64,000 nucleotides of DNA from an uncultured Blastochloridaceae bacterium (GCA_964351865.1 CAYGPJ010000003.1:73553-137552), one strand, 5' to 3'; counted from the stretch's first letter, positions 27,920 through 37,547 are shown. Made by a program: numbers and translations. Notes: generated by a model not told the origin, from the letters alone.

Positions 27920-29371
27920 TTAGAGTTGGTAGTAGGATTCCCATCCTTTACGTGGTGCAGGATCGAGTAGTGCTTTTGCCCGTTCGCTGCCTTGCAGTTG
28001 TTTGGATTGGGAGTCGTATTTAACTTCTTCATTCAATCGTTGAGCGATCATTCCCAAATTAAATACTTGCGAGAGCGGCGCACTGATGGAGAAGGGGGAT
28101 CTGGCTTCTTCTTCGCCCTGGCACGCCAGCAAAAAGTTGGCGTAGTGGTCGGAGTTTTTTTGGGGGAATCTGGGTAAAGATTTCCGCATATCCATAAATT
28201 TATCTTTGGGAAGAACGGTCAGTACACTGGCCTTGGCTCCACGCTGTAAAACCAGGTCTTTGGAGTAAAGAATCGTTCCCGGTCCGTTTTTCGGATCAAT
28301 GATGTAAGGTTGGCGAACTTCTTTGCCGGAGGTCGAATCTTTTTCGAGTGGCCCTAGTTCCGGTTCGACGGCAGGGATATTGTCCACTCCGTCATACCAG
28401 GTGACATTGCATTCCGGCAATTTTGGTCCGCGTTTCGGGAAATGGAATTGAATGGTGCTGGCTTGCGGGTAGATCAGGTTGGCAACATTGCGCCCTGCCA
28501 GCGCAACCGGAGTCACTACATCGGGCAGGCCTAATTCGAGAAAACGATGAGCCATGTCGAGAACATGCGGACCCCAATCTCCGAAGGCACCGCTGCCATA
28601 TTCAAACCAGCTGCGCCATTCCTGTGGATGTAACTTGTTGCTGAATGGGCGTTGCACGTTGACGACATCATGCCACTGATCCCAGTTGATCCCTGCCGGC
28701 ATGGGATCTTCAGGGTATTCAGAAGCTGTCGTTCCCCAACCATGCCAACGCCGTCCCATGTTCATGTAAGCCGTTACGCGGGTAATGTCATTGAGCAGAC
28801 CAGCTTCTTTATACGCCTGATGCTGAAAGTAGGCGGCTCCCGAATGTCCCTGGTTCCCCATCTGGGTCGTTAGTTCAGGATGTTTTGCCGCCATCTGGAT
28901 CAATCGTTCAGATTGGCCGAAGGTGTGAGCGAGTGGTTTTTCGACGAAGACGTGTTTGCCGAGCGACATCGAGAGCATGGTTGCCGCAAAATGGGCATGA
29001 TCCGGAGTGGCGATGATGACCGCATCAATTTCCGACTCCATTGCATCGAACATCTTACGGAAGTCGGTGAAACGTTTGGCTGCGGGAAATTTTTTGAGCG
29101 TCTGTTGCACGTGCTTGCCCTGTAAGTCGACATCACACAAGGCAACGATATTGGCGAGTCCGGAAGCTGCGCACGTCTGGATGTCTCTTTCTCCCTGATG
29201 GCCAATACCAATGGCCGCGACATTGACTTTTCTATGAGGACCCACTCCGGCTTTGGACTGGTTGCCTAAGGCAATGTAAGACGGTAGAAAAGTGATCGCA
29301 CCGAATGCCGCTGACTGCTTGAGAAAGCTGCGGCGTGAAAAGGAGCGAGCAGGGGGATAGGTTTTCTTCAT
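27920..29371 (-). CDS. Tat-exported Gfo/Idh/MocA oxidoreductase (GH109-like architecture)
   Basis: Twin-arginine signal SRRSFLKQSAAFGAITFLPS, then AAIGIGHQG and VFVEKPL. I moved the start to ATG 29371. Confidence 0.85.
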   Translation of the reverse strand: MKKTYPPARSFSRRSFLKQSAAFGAITFLPSYIALGNQSKAGVGPHRKVNVAAIGIGHQGERDIQTCAASGLANIVALCDVDLQGKHVQQTLKKFPAAKRFTDFRKMFDAMESEIDAVIIATPDHAHFAATMLSMSLGKHVFVEKPLAHTFGQSERLIQMAAKHPELTTQMGNQGHSGAAYFQHQAYKEAGLLNDITRVTAYMNMGRRWHGWGTTASEYPEDPMPAGINWDQWHDVVNVQRPFSNKLHPQEWRSWFEYGSGAFGDWGPHVLDMAHRFLELGLPDVVTPVALAGRNVANLIYPQASTIQFHFPKRGPKLPECNVTWYDGVDNIPAVEPELGPLEKDSTSGKEVRQPYIIDPKNGPGTILYSKDLVLQRGAKASVLTVLPKDKFMDMRKSLPRFPQKNSDHYANFLLACQGEEEARSPFSISAPLSQVFNLGMIAQRLNEEVKYDSQSKQLQGSERAKALLDPAPRKGWESYYQL

Positions 29372-29385
29372 CGTGAGATCGGTGA

Positions 29386-30882
29386 TTACAGTTTGTAAAA
29401 TTCTTCCCAACCTTTACGCGGGGCGGGGTCGAGCAGGGCATTCGCCTCTTGGTGGTTGGTGATTTGCTGTGTCTGGCGGTCGAACTCAAGTTCACCGCCG
29501 AAACGTTGAGCCAGGATGCCGATGCTGAAGACCTGAGTGAGGGGTCCGCTGATGTGGAACGGAGCGCGGGTCTCTTCTTCTCCCTTACAGGCCAGAATGA
29601 AGTTTGCGTAGTGAGAAGAATTTTTCTGTGAAAATTTCGGCAGGTCCTTCCGCATTTCGAGCATCTTGTCGCGCGGAATGATCTGCAAGGCACTGCCATG
29701 TGAACCTCCACTGAATACGAGGTCTTTGGAGTAGAGCGTTTTGCCGGGGCTGATGAGTTTCGACGGCTGGCCGGTTTCCCGGTCGATCAGCATTGCTTCG
29801 AACTCCGGTTCGATGGCGGGCCAGTTTTTCTGGCCGTCAACCCAGGTGACTTCACAGGCAGGAAGATCGGGTCCGCGTTCCGGAAAATTGAATTGGATGG
29901 TAGAGGCTTGTGGAAAAACGAAATCATTCGGTTCATCCCGCTTTACGGCGATGACTTTTTCCGGCAAGCCGAGTTCCAGAAACCGGTGGCAGGTGTCGAG
30001 AATGTGTGGTCCCCAGTCACCGAAGGCACCGCTGCCGTAGTCAAACCAGCTGCGCCATTCCTGCGGGTGGAGTTTATCGCTGAAGGGATGAACCGGCGCA
30101 CTGGCGACCCAGGTGTCCCAATCGATCCCGGCCGGCAGGGGCTGTTCCGGATAGGCGGTGACATCCTGTCCCCAACCGTGCCAACGCCGCGGGTTATTCA
30201 TGGCGGCAGTAATCTTGGTGATATTTTTGATCAGTCCAGCTTCGCGCCAGGCTTTGAACTGAAAGTAGTTGGCTCCGGAGTGACCCTGATTGCCCATCTG
30301 GGTGGCAACGCCGCTGCGTTCGGCCATTTCTATCAGGCGAGAACATTGACCGTAAGTGTGAGCCAGCGGTTTCTCCACATAAACGTGTTTGCCCAATGAC
30401 ATGGCAAGCATCGCGATGACGAAGTGGGAATGATCGGGCGTGGCGATTAATACGGCATCTATTTCATCGCCCATGACATCGAACATCTTGCGGAAATCGG
30501 TAAAGGTTCTGGCTGAGGAGATGAGGTGGTAGGTTTTCTGAGGCTTGTCACCTTCCGCGACGGGTTCGGGATCTGGCTGGGGGATCGGGGTGACGCCGTG
30601 CTCGTAACGGGCCTGCGCGGTGTGTGCCCCGTTGAGATCGATATCGCAGAGGGCGACGACGTTACAAAATCCGGAGGCGATCATGGCCCGGCGGTCGCCG
30701 TTGCCTTGGTGACCGATACCGACTACCGCGAGATTGACCATTTCGCTGGGAGCATTGCCCGCACTGGATTTATTTCCTAATGCAATATACGAAGGGAGAA
30801 AGGTGATGGCACCAAATGCGGCGGACTGCTTCAAAAAGCTGCGACGGGATACATGGTTGGAAGGGGAATATGTCTTCTTCAT
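29386..30882 (-). CDS. Tat-exported Gfo/Idh/MocA oxidoreductase, tandem paralog
   Basis: SRRSFLKQSAAFGAITFLPS is identical to the neighbour's signal. It also has VVGIGHQG and VYVEKPL, plus a ~30-aa insertion (EHGVTPIPQPDPEPVAEGDKPQKTY...). Confidence 0.85.
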   Translation of the reverse strand: MKKTYSPSNHVSRRSFLKQSAAFGAITFLPSYIALGNKSSAGNAPSEMVNLAVVGIGHQGNGDRRAMIASGFCNVVALCDIDLNGAHTAQARYEHGVTPIPQPDPEPVAEGDKPQKTYHLISSARTFTDFRKMFDVMGDEIDAVLIATPDHSHFVIAMLAMSLGKHVYVEKPLAHTYGQCSRLIEMAERSGVATQMGNQGHSGANYFQFKAWREAGLIKNITKITAAMNNPRRWHGWGQDVTAYPEQPLPAGIDWDTWVASAPVHPFSDKLHPQEWRSWFDYGSGAFGDWGPHILDTCHRFLELGLPEKVIAVKRDEPNDFVFPQASTIQFNFPERGPDLPACEVTWVDGQKNWPAIEPEFEAMLIDRETGQPSKLISPGKTLYSKDLVFSGGSHGSALQIIPRDKMLEMRKDLPKFSQKNSSHYANFILACKGEEETRAPFHISGPLTQVFSIGILAQRFGGELEFDRQTQQITNHQEANALLDPAPRKGWEEFYKL

Positions 30883-30980
30883 ATATTGTGATAGTAGCAG
30901 CTTACATTAATTAGATCTATGACGCCAGCTGTCAAATGTTTATTAAATAAACAAACTGAATTATGCCTGTGAACTGGGGT

Positions 30981-31958
30981 TTACTTTGTTTGAGTCGAGC
31001 GCGGCGGAGTGGCATCATCACAGGCCAGGTCGCCTAAGGCGTATTGCATCCCATTCAGGATGAAGCCGAGCAGTTCCGGTCGCTCGAAGCTTTGGGCGTT
31101 GTGGGATGGCGAACAGAAGAAGACGCGACCTTGCTGGTAGGGCTTGATCCAGGCGACGTAGCGGGGGAGGTCTGGTAATGCTTCGATCCGGTTTTTTTTG
31201 TCGGGTTTAAGCTTGCTGACGTCCATCTCGAGTAAAGGGTGGAAGTCTAAATCCGCATAGGCACGGTTCATAAAGTAGGGCTCGTCGAAATGAGTGAAGG
31301 GTTTTCCGTGAAAGGGTTTGAGCATCGGATGGCCGGGACTGGCGGGAATCAAGGTGACGTCTTGTTGCTGCGGATGAAAATCAAAGCTGCCACCGACCAT
31401 GCCACTGAATTCATCGGAGTACATGAAGTTGGTGATGGCTCCATGCAACAGCACCAGCCCGCCACCGGTTTCGACGTAGTCGATCAGGTTGCGGTAGAGT
31501 TGATCGGCCAACGCTGTTCGTTCTTCCAGCGGCATCGAGGCGTATTTTGCTCCGTACTCGTCCATTTTGTGGATCAGCACATCGCGGAAGAGGTCGCGAT
31601 CTTTGCGATCGGGGCAATTGTTGTTGAGCACGATGGCATCGTATTGTTTGAGTGTTTCAGGGCGGAATACTTCAATGTCGGTGCTCTCTGTGGTGGAGTA
31701 GGCTCCGGTGGTGGCTCCCAGAATCTCGACGACGGCGGTGGTGTGGGGAATGCACCAGTGTTTGAAACCGGTGTTGAGCGAAAAGATGAGCACCTTGCGG
31801 TCCTGTTGCGGTGGGGCGGTGGGAGTCGCAGGTGCCGTGTTTTGGATTTTCTCTTTCCATTCCGGGGTGAGCTCGAAGGCGGATACCGCTGCATGCGAGT
31901 GGTGAGTCATCAGGGTAAGTAATGAGAGGAGGAACAGGGGAGATGATTTTATTTTCAT
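30981..31958 (-). CDS. ThuA-domain protein, secreted
   Basis: Signal MKIKSSPLFLLSLLTLMTHHSHA and the ThuA-type block GGGLVLLHGA. Confidence 0.8.
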   Translation of the reverse strand: MKIKSSPLFLLSLLTLMTHHSHAAVSAFELTPEWKEKIQNTAPATPTAPPQQDRKVLIFSLNTGFKHWCIPHTTAVVEILGATTGAYSTTESTDIEVFRPETLKQYDAIVLNNNCPDRKDRDLFRDVLIHKMDEYGAKYASMPLEERTALADQLYRNLIDYVETGGGLVLLHGAITNFMYSDEFSGMVGGSFDFHPQQQDVTLIPASPGHPMLKPFHGKPFTHFDEPYFMNRAYADLDFHPLLEMDVSKLKPDKKNRIEALPDLPRYVAWIKPYQQGRVFFCSPSHNAQSFERPELLGFILNGMQYALGDLACDDATPPRSTQTK

Positions 31959-31964
31959 TTTAAT

Positions 31965-32525
31965 TTAAATATCGGTTGCGAGGTATGCTCTGGTGGAGGG
32001 TTCGAGAATTTTTTCATCGCGGTAGGCGGGCAGTTCTTTGGGCGCCAAACCGGGGCTGAATGTCATGAGCACTTTCAAGGGAGTCTCGCCCATCGAACAA
32101 GCTCCGTGCCGGACGCCGGGGGGCAAGGTGACAACGACCCCTTGGCTCAGTTCTACCACTTCATCGCCTACCAACATCTTGCCTGCGCCAGAGAGGATGA
32201 TGTAGGTTTCTACGGTTTCTCCGTGAACGTGGATGGGGGAGTCCATGATTTCCAGACAGGCGATTGCGGCGCAATTCACTTGTTCTTCTCCACCGGTTCC
32301 GTCATCGAAGACTCTCACTTCGTCCGTCATGAAGCCTTTGACGCCGCAGACACTGACGTCTGCACCGTCGAGGTTTTCCGGAATATGGGAAACCACCCCA
32401 CCAGCCTTCATCGCTTGTCCCCGGACGCAAAAACCAAGTCGCCTGGACGTGGCGAAAACCTCACGCGTATCCAGTTGATCCATTGCGTGTTGGTGTTTGG
32501 GTTGATCCATATTAAGGCATTTCAC
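31965..32525 (-). CDS. cupin-domain protein
   Basis: Cupin_2-type HVHGETVETYIILSGAGKMLVGDE...LPPGVRHG. The start is uncertain because several in-frame ATGs are available. Confidence 0.65.
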   Translation of the reverse strand: MKCLNMDQPKHQHAMDQLDTREVFATSRRLGFCVRGQAMKAGGVVSHIPENLDGADVSVCGVKGFMTDEVRVFDDGTGGEEQVNCAAIACLEIMDSPIHVHGETVETYIILSGAGKMLVGDEVVELSQGVVVTLPPGVRHGACSMGETPLKVLMTFSPGLAPKELPAYRDEKILEPSTRAYLATDI

Positions 32526-32611
32526 AGGTTCGTTTCAGGCGCCACGTGTGGGCTTATACTGTCACAAAATCGACCGCACAGGCAGCTAATCTTATTGACC
32601 ATACCATGACC

Positions 32612-32632
32612 ATTGTTTAGTGGTAAAACAAT
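32612..32632. promoter_or_regulatory. candidate operator: perfect 7-bp inverted repeat in divergent promoter region
   Basis: ATTGTTT (32612-18), a 7-nt spacer, then AAACAAT (32626-32), located 19 bp upstream of the 32651 start in an AT-rich divergent intergenic region. Confidence 0.25.
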
Positions 32633-32650
32633 AATAAATATTAAATTCAA

Positions 32651-34144
32651 ATGAAAAATAGAACGGATTCCAACAAGTTATCTCGCCGCCAATTTCTACG
32701 CACTTCAGGTGTGGTGTTATTGGGGACCGCTTTAAGCTCTTGTCGCGTTCGCGGCGCCAATGATCGGGTCCGCATCGGGATGGTGGGAATGGGGAATCGT
32801 TCTCGGAATTTGTTATCACAATTTCTTAAAGTGCCGAGTGTCGATGTGGTCGCAATTTGTGATCCGGATACGGCTCAGATGGAGAATCGCCTGAAGACCT
32901 TTCAAAAGTTAAAAGATGCCGCTACGGCAGAGGGTCGTCCGTTTTCTGCGGTCACACCTGAACTCATTCAGGATTATCGCAAACTTTACGACCGAAAAGA
33001 CATCGATGCGGTCGTGATCAGCAGCACCAATTACTGGCACACCTTGCATGCGATTCAGGCGGTGCAGTCCGGAAAGCATGTCTTTGTGGAAAAGCCGGTG
33101 ACCTTTACCCATTGGGAGGGATTACAGCTGGAAGCGGCTGCCACCCGATACGGCAAAGTGATTGCTCCCGGCTATCAGAACCGCTCCGATCCCGGTCCGC
33201 AAGATGGCATCCGTTTTGTGCAGGAGGGAAACCTGGGGAAAATTCGCAAGGTGCGGGCGCTTTGTTATCGCAACCGTGACTCCATCGGCAAGCAGAGCAA
33301 ACCGCTGCAACCCCCGGTGACCATGGATTATAATTTATGGTTGGGGCCAGCATTGGAACATTCAATCTGGCGTCCGCAACTGCACTACGACTGGCATTGG
33401 GATTTTCATACGGGCAACGGGGACATGGGCAACCAGTGTGTTCATGAAATCGATATGGTGTATTGGCTGCTGGGGCATCCGGGATTACCAAGTGAGGTGC
33501 GTTGTTTCGGTAACCGCTTTGCCTGGGACGATGCTGGCAACACTCCCAACATGCAGACAGTCTGGTGCCGTTGGGGTGGAGCTGAAGTCATCTTCGAGAC
33601 TAACGACCTGAAAATGAGTCCTGATCGTAATGTGTCACCGCATCGTTTGGGAACCCGTGTCGGTATTCTCGCCGAGTGTGAACGGGGCATCCTTAAAGGC
33701 GGGCGGGGTGGAATGGTTGCAGTGGAGTTAGATGGAAAAACGGTGATACAGAAGTTTGAAGGTAACGGTGGGAAAGAGCATCAAGCCTCGTTCATAGCTG
33801 CGGTGCGGGCCAATAACAGTTCTCATTTGCCTGTCACGGTGGCACAAGCGCATATCTCAGAATCGGTGATGCATTTAGGAAATGCCAGTTATCGTCTGGG
33901 GCAACTCCATAGCACGGGAGAATTGAAGCAGGCTATCTCCAACGATGAAGATCTGAACGAAATTATTGACGACCAGAATAAGCAGTTGCAGGCATGGGGA
34001 ATTGAGGATTCACAATACTACTGTGGGCCCAAAATTCAGGTGGATCCGGAGACGCAACAGGTAACGACCCCGGGGGTCGGTCGTGAATGGATCGGGCCTG
34101 ATTATCGAAAAGGATTCGAAGTGCCCAAGTTGGCAAAACGCTGA
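32651..34144 (+). CDS. Tat-exported Gfo/Idh/MocA oxidoreductase
   Basis: Twin-arginine signal SRRQFLRTSGVVLLGTAL, then GMVGMGNRS and VFVEKPV. Confidence 0.85.
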   Translation: MKNRTDSNKLSRRQFLRTSGVVLLGTALSSCRVRGANDRVRIGMVGMGNRSRNLLSQFLKVPSVDVVAICDPDTAQMENRLKTFQKLKDAATAEGRPFSAVTPELIQDYRKLYDRKDIDAVVISSTNYWHTLHAIQAVQSGKHVFVEKPVTFTHWEGLQLEAAATRYGKVIAPGYQNRSDPGPQDGIRFVQEGNLGKIRKVRALCYRNRDSIGKQSKPLQPPVTMDYNLWLGPALEHSIWRPQLHYDWHWDFHTGNGDMGNQCVHEIDMVYWLLGHPGLPSEVRCFGNRFAWDDAGNTPNMQTVWCRWGGAEVIFETNDLKMSPDRNVSPHRLGTRVGILAECERGILKGGRGGMVAVELDGKTVIQKFEGNGGKEHQASFIAAVRANNSSHLPVTVAQAHISESVMHLGNASYRLGQLHSTGELKQAISNDEDLNEIIDDQNKQLQAWGIEDSQYYCGPKIQVDPETQQVTTPGVGREWIGPDYRKGFEVPKLAKR

Positions 34145-34150
34145 AACGAA

Positions 34151-35074
34151 ATGGTGATGCATGGATCGGAGAGAATTAAGAATATTGGCAGGCGTCAATT
34201 TCTTTGGATGGGGGTGAGTAGTGGATTGGCGCTTGCGGGGTGTCAACCTAAGGTGGTTGACTCGGCCTCGCTCTCGATCGGAACCGAGCGGTTATTCAGC
34301 CGGATGGGGGTGAAGGCTTCATTGGATCAGGCGGAGCAAGTGGCCGCCGCCGGGGCTGAATTTTTGCTGATCAGCGTGGGAAAATTCCTGATGCCGGATC
34401 AGCCCGAAGCTGAGTTTGAACAACAACTCAAACGGGCGGCATCTTTACCGATTCCTGTGCTCAGCTGTAACAGTTTCCTGCGGGGCGAAGCACTCCGGTG
34501 TATCGGGCCGGATGCTCAAATCGAGCATGTGATGCGGTTTGCGAAAAAGACCTTTGAACGAGCCAGACGCGCCGGGGTGGAGCGAATTGTTTTCGGCAGC
34601 GCTGGTTCACGGAAACAACCGGAGGGTTGGAGTAAGGCCCGAACCGATGAGGCATTCATAGACGTTCTGAAACAGATGGGAGATCTGGCAGCAAACGAAG
34701 GGGTGACCGTATCGGTTGAAAACCTGCGGGTTCAGGAATGTAATTACCTGACCCGACTGGCAGAGGTGGGGGAAATCGTCAGTGCAGTGAATCACCCGAA
34801 TGTTCGCATGCTGGCTGATCTGTATCATGCTTCAGTGATGAAGGACAGTCCGGAGGAGCTGACACAATATGCTGATTGGATTGAAATGGTCGAAATCGCA
34901 GAAGCGAAGGGGCGCAAGGCGCCCGGAGTCCATGGGCAGGATTTTCGCCCTTATTTTGCAGCCTTGCGTGCGGGTGGATATCAGGGGCCGATTGAAATTG
35001 AGGGAAATTGGGAAATCGTGCAGTTGCCTCAAGCCTTCCAAACCATCCGCCGGCAAGCCGCCGGACAACTATGA
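34151..35074 (+). CDS. xylose-isomerase-like TIM-barrel protein (sugar phosphate isomerase/epimerase family) with Tat/lipoprotein signal
   Basis: GRRQFLWMGVSSGLALAGC combines a twin-arginine motif with a lipobox. TIM-barrel blocks are VSVENL and LADLYH. Confidence 0.8.
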   Translation: MVMHGSERIKNIGRRQFLWMGVSSGLALAGCQPKVVDSASLSIGTERLFSRMGVKASLDQAEQVAAAGAEFLLISVGKFLMPDQPEAEFEQQLKRAASLPIPVLSCNSFLRGEALRCIGPDAQIEHVMRFAKKTFERARRAGVERIVFGSAGSRKQPEGWSKARTDEAFIDVLKQMGDLAANEGVTVSVENLRVQECNYLTRLAEVGEIVSAVNHPNVRMLADLYHASVMKDSPEELTQYADWIEMVEIAEAKGRKAPGVHGQDFRPYFAALRAGGYQGPIEIEGNWEIVQLPQAFQTIRRQAAGQL

Positions 35075-35155
35075 TCGCAGGGGTTCGAGTGCGGGCAAAG
35101 GGCGCAACCGAGTTTTGCTTTTCGTAATTCGCTCAGCCACCTAAGTTGAAACCCT

Positions 35156-36352
35156 ATGGCAAACCAAGCGAAGTATGACCGCAGTGATATCCGCAGGCTG
35201 AACGGAATCAGTGTGCTGGATCAGTTGCGCCGCAACGGGCCGATGTCGCGGGCTAACATTGCCGCCCAACTGGGACTGACGCGTGCCACGGTTTCGAATA
35301 TCGTGGCTGAATTTATTGAAGCCTCATTGATTCAGGAAACTGAATACGTGGGAGGCGGCGCAGGTCGACCAGGACTGATGCTGAATCTCGATGCCAACTG
35401 CGGCAGCATGATCGGCTTAGAGATCGATCTGGATCGGATTTCCATCCTGCTGACGAATGTAGGGCAGCAGCAGATCTGGGCGAAGCATGTGCCGCTGCCG
35501 TTGAACTCTCCACCCGATACCGCTTTGGGAATTGCTGAAGATTTGTTGCAGCAGGCTTTACAGATTTCTAAACACAATAAACTCGAATGCTTCGGGATTT
35601 GCGTGGCTTTAGCCGGTCTGGTGAATCGCGAGCTGGGTCAACTGGCTTACGGACCTACTTCCGGTTGGGAGCATATCCCGTTGAAGGCGGATTGGGAAAA
35701 GCGTTTTAAGGTGCCGGTCTACATTGAAAACGAGGCCCATGCCGGGGCGATCGGAGCCTATCATTTCGGACCCGCGCGTGGTAAACGGAATATAATTTAT
35801 CTAAGTATGGGAGTTGGACTGGCGGCCGGGATTTTTGCCGATGGATCATTGTTAAGGGGAAAGCAAGGATTTGCGGGGCAGGTCGGGCATACGCGCTTTA
35901 CCGAAAACGCCATCACCTGCGGTTGTGGCAAGCAGGGATGCTGGGTCACCGAAATTGGTGCGGCCGCGGTCTATCGCAAACTGACTGCTGCGGGGGTGGA
36001 ATTAGCGGATGAAAAAGACTCGGGCATCGATTGGCTTGAGCGCGCCTGCCAGCTAGCCGGGCAACAGGATGCGGTGGTGTTGGAGGTGCTGGATTCTGTC
36101 GGCAGGCAAGTGGGGCAGGGCTTAGCTAAAATGGTGCTGACTTTCAACCCTTCGCTATTGATCGTGGGAGGGAGAATGGGGGGCTTAATGAAGCATGCGG
36201 AATCCGGTATTCGCCAGGGATTAATGGAGGATGTGCTGCCGTATATGAAGGAGTCACTGGAGCTCGTGGTGAGCGATGACCGTGACGAACAGCTCAAAGG
36301 CTGTCTGGCGACCGTTTTTGATTTTATCATGAAGAATCCGAAACTGAAGTAA
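35156..36352 (+). CDS. ROK-family transcriptional regulator
   Basis: N-terminal HTH MSRANIAAQLGLTRATVSNIV and the ROK zinc motif CGCGKQGCWVTE. Confidence 0.85.
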   Translation: MANQAKYDRSDIRRLNGISVLDQLRRNGPMSRANIAAQLGLTRATVSNIVAEFIEASLIQETEYVGGGAGRPGLMLNLDANCGSMIGLEIDLDRISILLTNVGQQQIWAKHVPLPLNSPPDTALGIAEDLLQQALQISKHNKLECFGICVALAGLVNRELGQLAYGPTSGWEHIPLKADWEKRFKVPVYIENEAHAGAIGAYHFGPARGKRNIIYLSMGVGLAAGIFADGSLLRGKQGFAGQVGHTRFTENAITCGCGKQGCWVTEIGAAAVYRKLTAAGVELADEKDSGIDWLERACQLAGQQDAVVLEVLDSVGRQVGQGLAKMVLTFNPSLLIVGGRMGGLMKHAESGIRQGLMEDVLPYMKESLELVVSDDRDEQLKGCLATVFDFIMKNPKLK

Positions 36353-36400
36353 GCTTTCAGCGATTGGAATTATCAAGTTTTACTGTAGTGTGATGCTGCC

Positions 36401-37093
36401 ATGAGAGTGAGACGATTACTGGATTTAGCCGCTCGGATTTCATTGTGGTGGCTGATGAGTATGGGCTGGACGGCATGGGCAGAGTTATCTGTTTCCAAGG
36501 CTTTATTAGAATTGGAGCCAGTCGTGGGGGATACCTTTGCGGACTTCAGCTTTCCCTTTAAGAATACGGGTCCGCAAACGATTCAAATTGTGGAAATAGT
36601 CAGCTCCTGTGGCTGCACGACGGCTGAACTGGAGCAGCGGAGCTACCAGCCGGGGGAATCAGGCGAACTTAAGGGGCGGTTTGTTTTTGAGGGACGGACC
36701 GGCTTTCAACATAAGAAAATCACACTCAAGACGAATGATCCGCAACAGCCGCTTATTCAGCTGTCGATCCATCTCGAAATACCGCAGTTGGTGAGCGTGA
36801 CGCCTCAATTTGTTTATTGGCAGCTGGGAGGTGAATTAGAGGAAAAGATCATCACGCTTAAGCTGAATGAACAAGTGCAGGCCAGCGCACCGCAACTCAA
36901 CTATATGGAGTCACTATGGCAGGTTCAGGTCCATACCATTCTTCCGGGCCAAACGTATCAAGTGCGGATTAAGCCGATTGATTTAGAAAAGAAAGTGATC
37001 TCACCCATTGAAATTTCACTTACATGGACGACTCATTCAGGTGAGAAGGTGAAGCACACCCAAAAGCTTAAAGCTTATGCCGCGATTAAGTAA
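36401..37093 (+). CDS. DUF1573 domain protein, secreted
   Basis: Signal/anchor ISLWWLMSMGWTAWA and the characteristic VSSCGCTT motif. Confidence 0.75.
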   Translation: MRVRRLLDLAARISLWWLMSMGWTAWAELSVSKALLELEPVVGDTFADFSFPFKNTGPQTIQIVEIVSSCGCTTAELEQRSYQPGESGELKGRFVFEGRTGFQHKKITLKTNDPQQPLIQLSIHLEIPQLVSVTPQFVYWQLGGELEEKIITLKLNEQVQASAPQLNYMESLWQVQVHTILPGQTYQVRIKPIDLEKKVISPIEISLTWTTHSGEKVKHTQKLKAYAAIK

Positions 37094-37547
37094 CCTGCGC
37101 CTGTTGCGGTTGGCCGCGTTGCTTTGGCTGCCCGTTATTCCGGCAATGCTAGCCGCTTTCCTGCATCCGGTGGAGCTCCCATGGAATCCAGAGGAACTGA
37201 AAGCGGGAGAAGTATTGCTGGAAGATGTCGCCACCTGGAAGCACGTAGTATGGATTGACGTTCGTAGTGAGCAGGAATACCTCGCAAGTCATGTGGCGGA
37301 TGCCTTGTGGTTGTCTCAGTCCCGGTGGGAGGAAAAATTGCCGATGGTGCTTCAGCACTGGCAGCCGGAAGTCAAAGTGTTGGTGTATTGTGCTTCCGAT
37401 GCCTGTCAGAGTAGTCGGGAAGTAGCTGCACGCTTACGTAACGAGGTGGGGCTGGAAGAGGTTTATACTTTAAAGGGCGGATGGCAAATGCTGGTGCGTC
37501 AAGCGAAGCCATGGGGGTTGCCCTTAACAGGGGATGAATCTCCATGA
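37077..37547 (+). CDS. membrane-anchored rhodanese-domain protein
   Basis: N-terminal hydrophobic segment LRLAALLWLPVIPAMLAAFL, the rhodanese block VVWIDVRSEQEYLASHV and the active-site loop VYCASDACQSS. It overlaps the upstream gene by 17 nt. Confidence 0.75.
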   Translation: MPRLSNLRLLRLAALLWLPVIPAMLAAFLHPVELPWNPEELKAGEVLLEDVATWKHVVWIDVRSEQEYLASHVADALWLSQSRWEEKLPMVLQHWQPEVKVLVYCASDACQSSREVAARLRNEVGLEEVYTLKGGWQMLVRQAKPWGLPLTGDESP

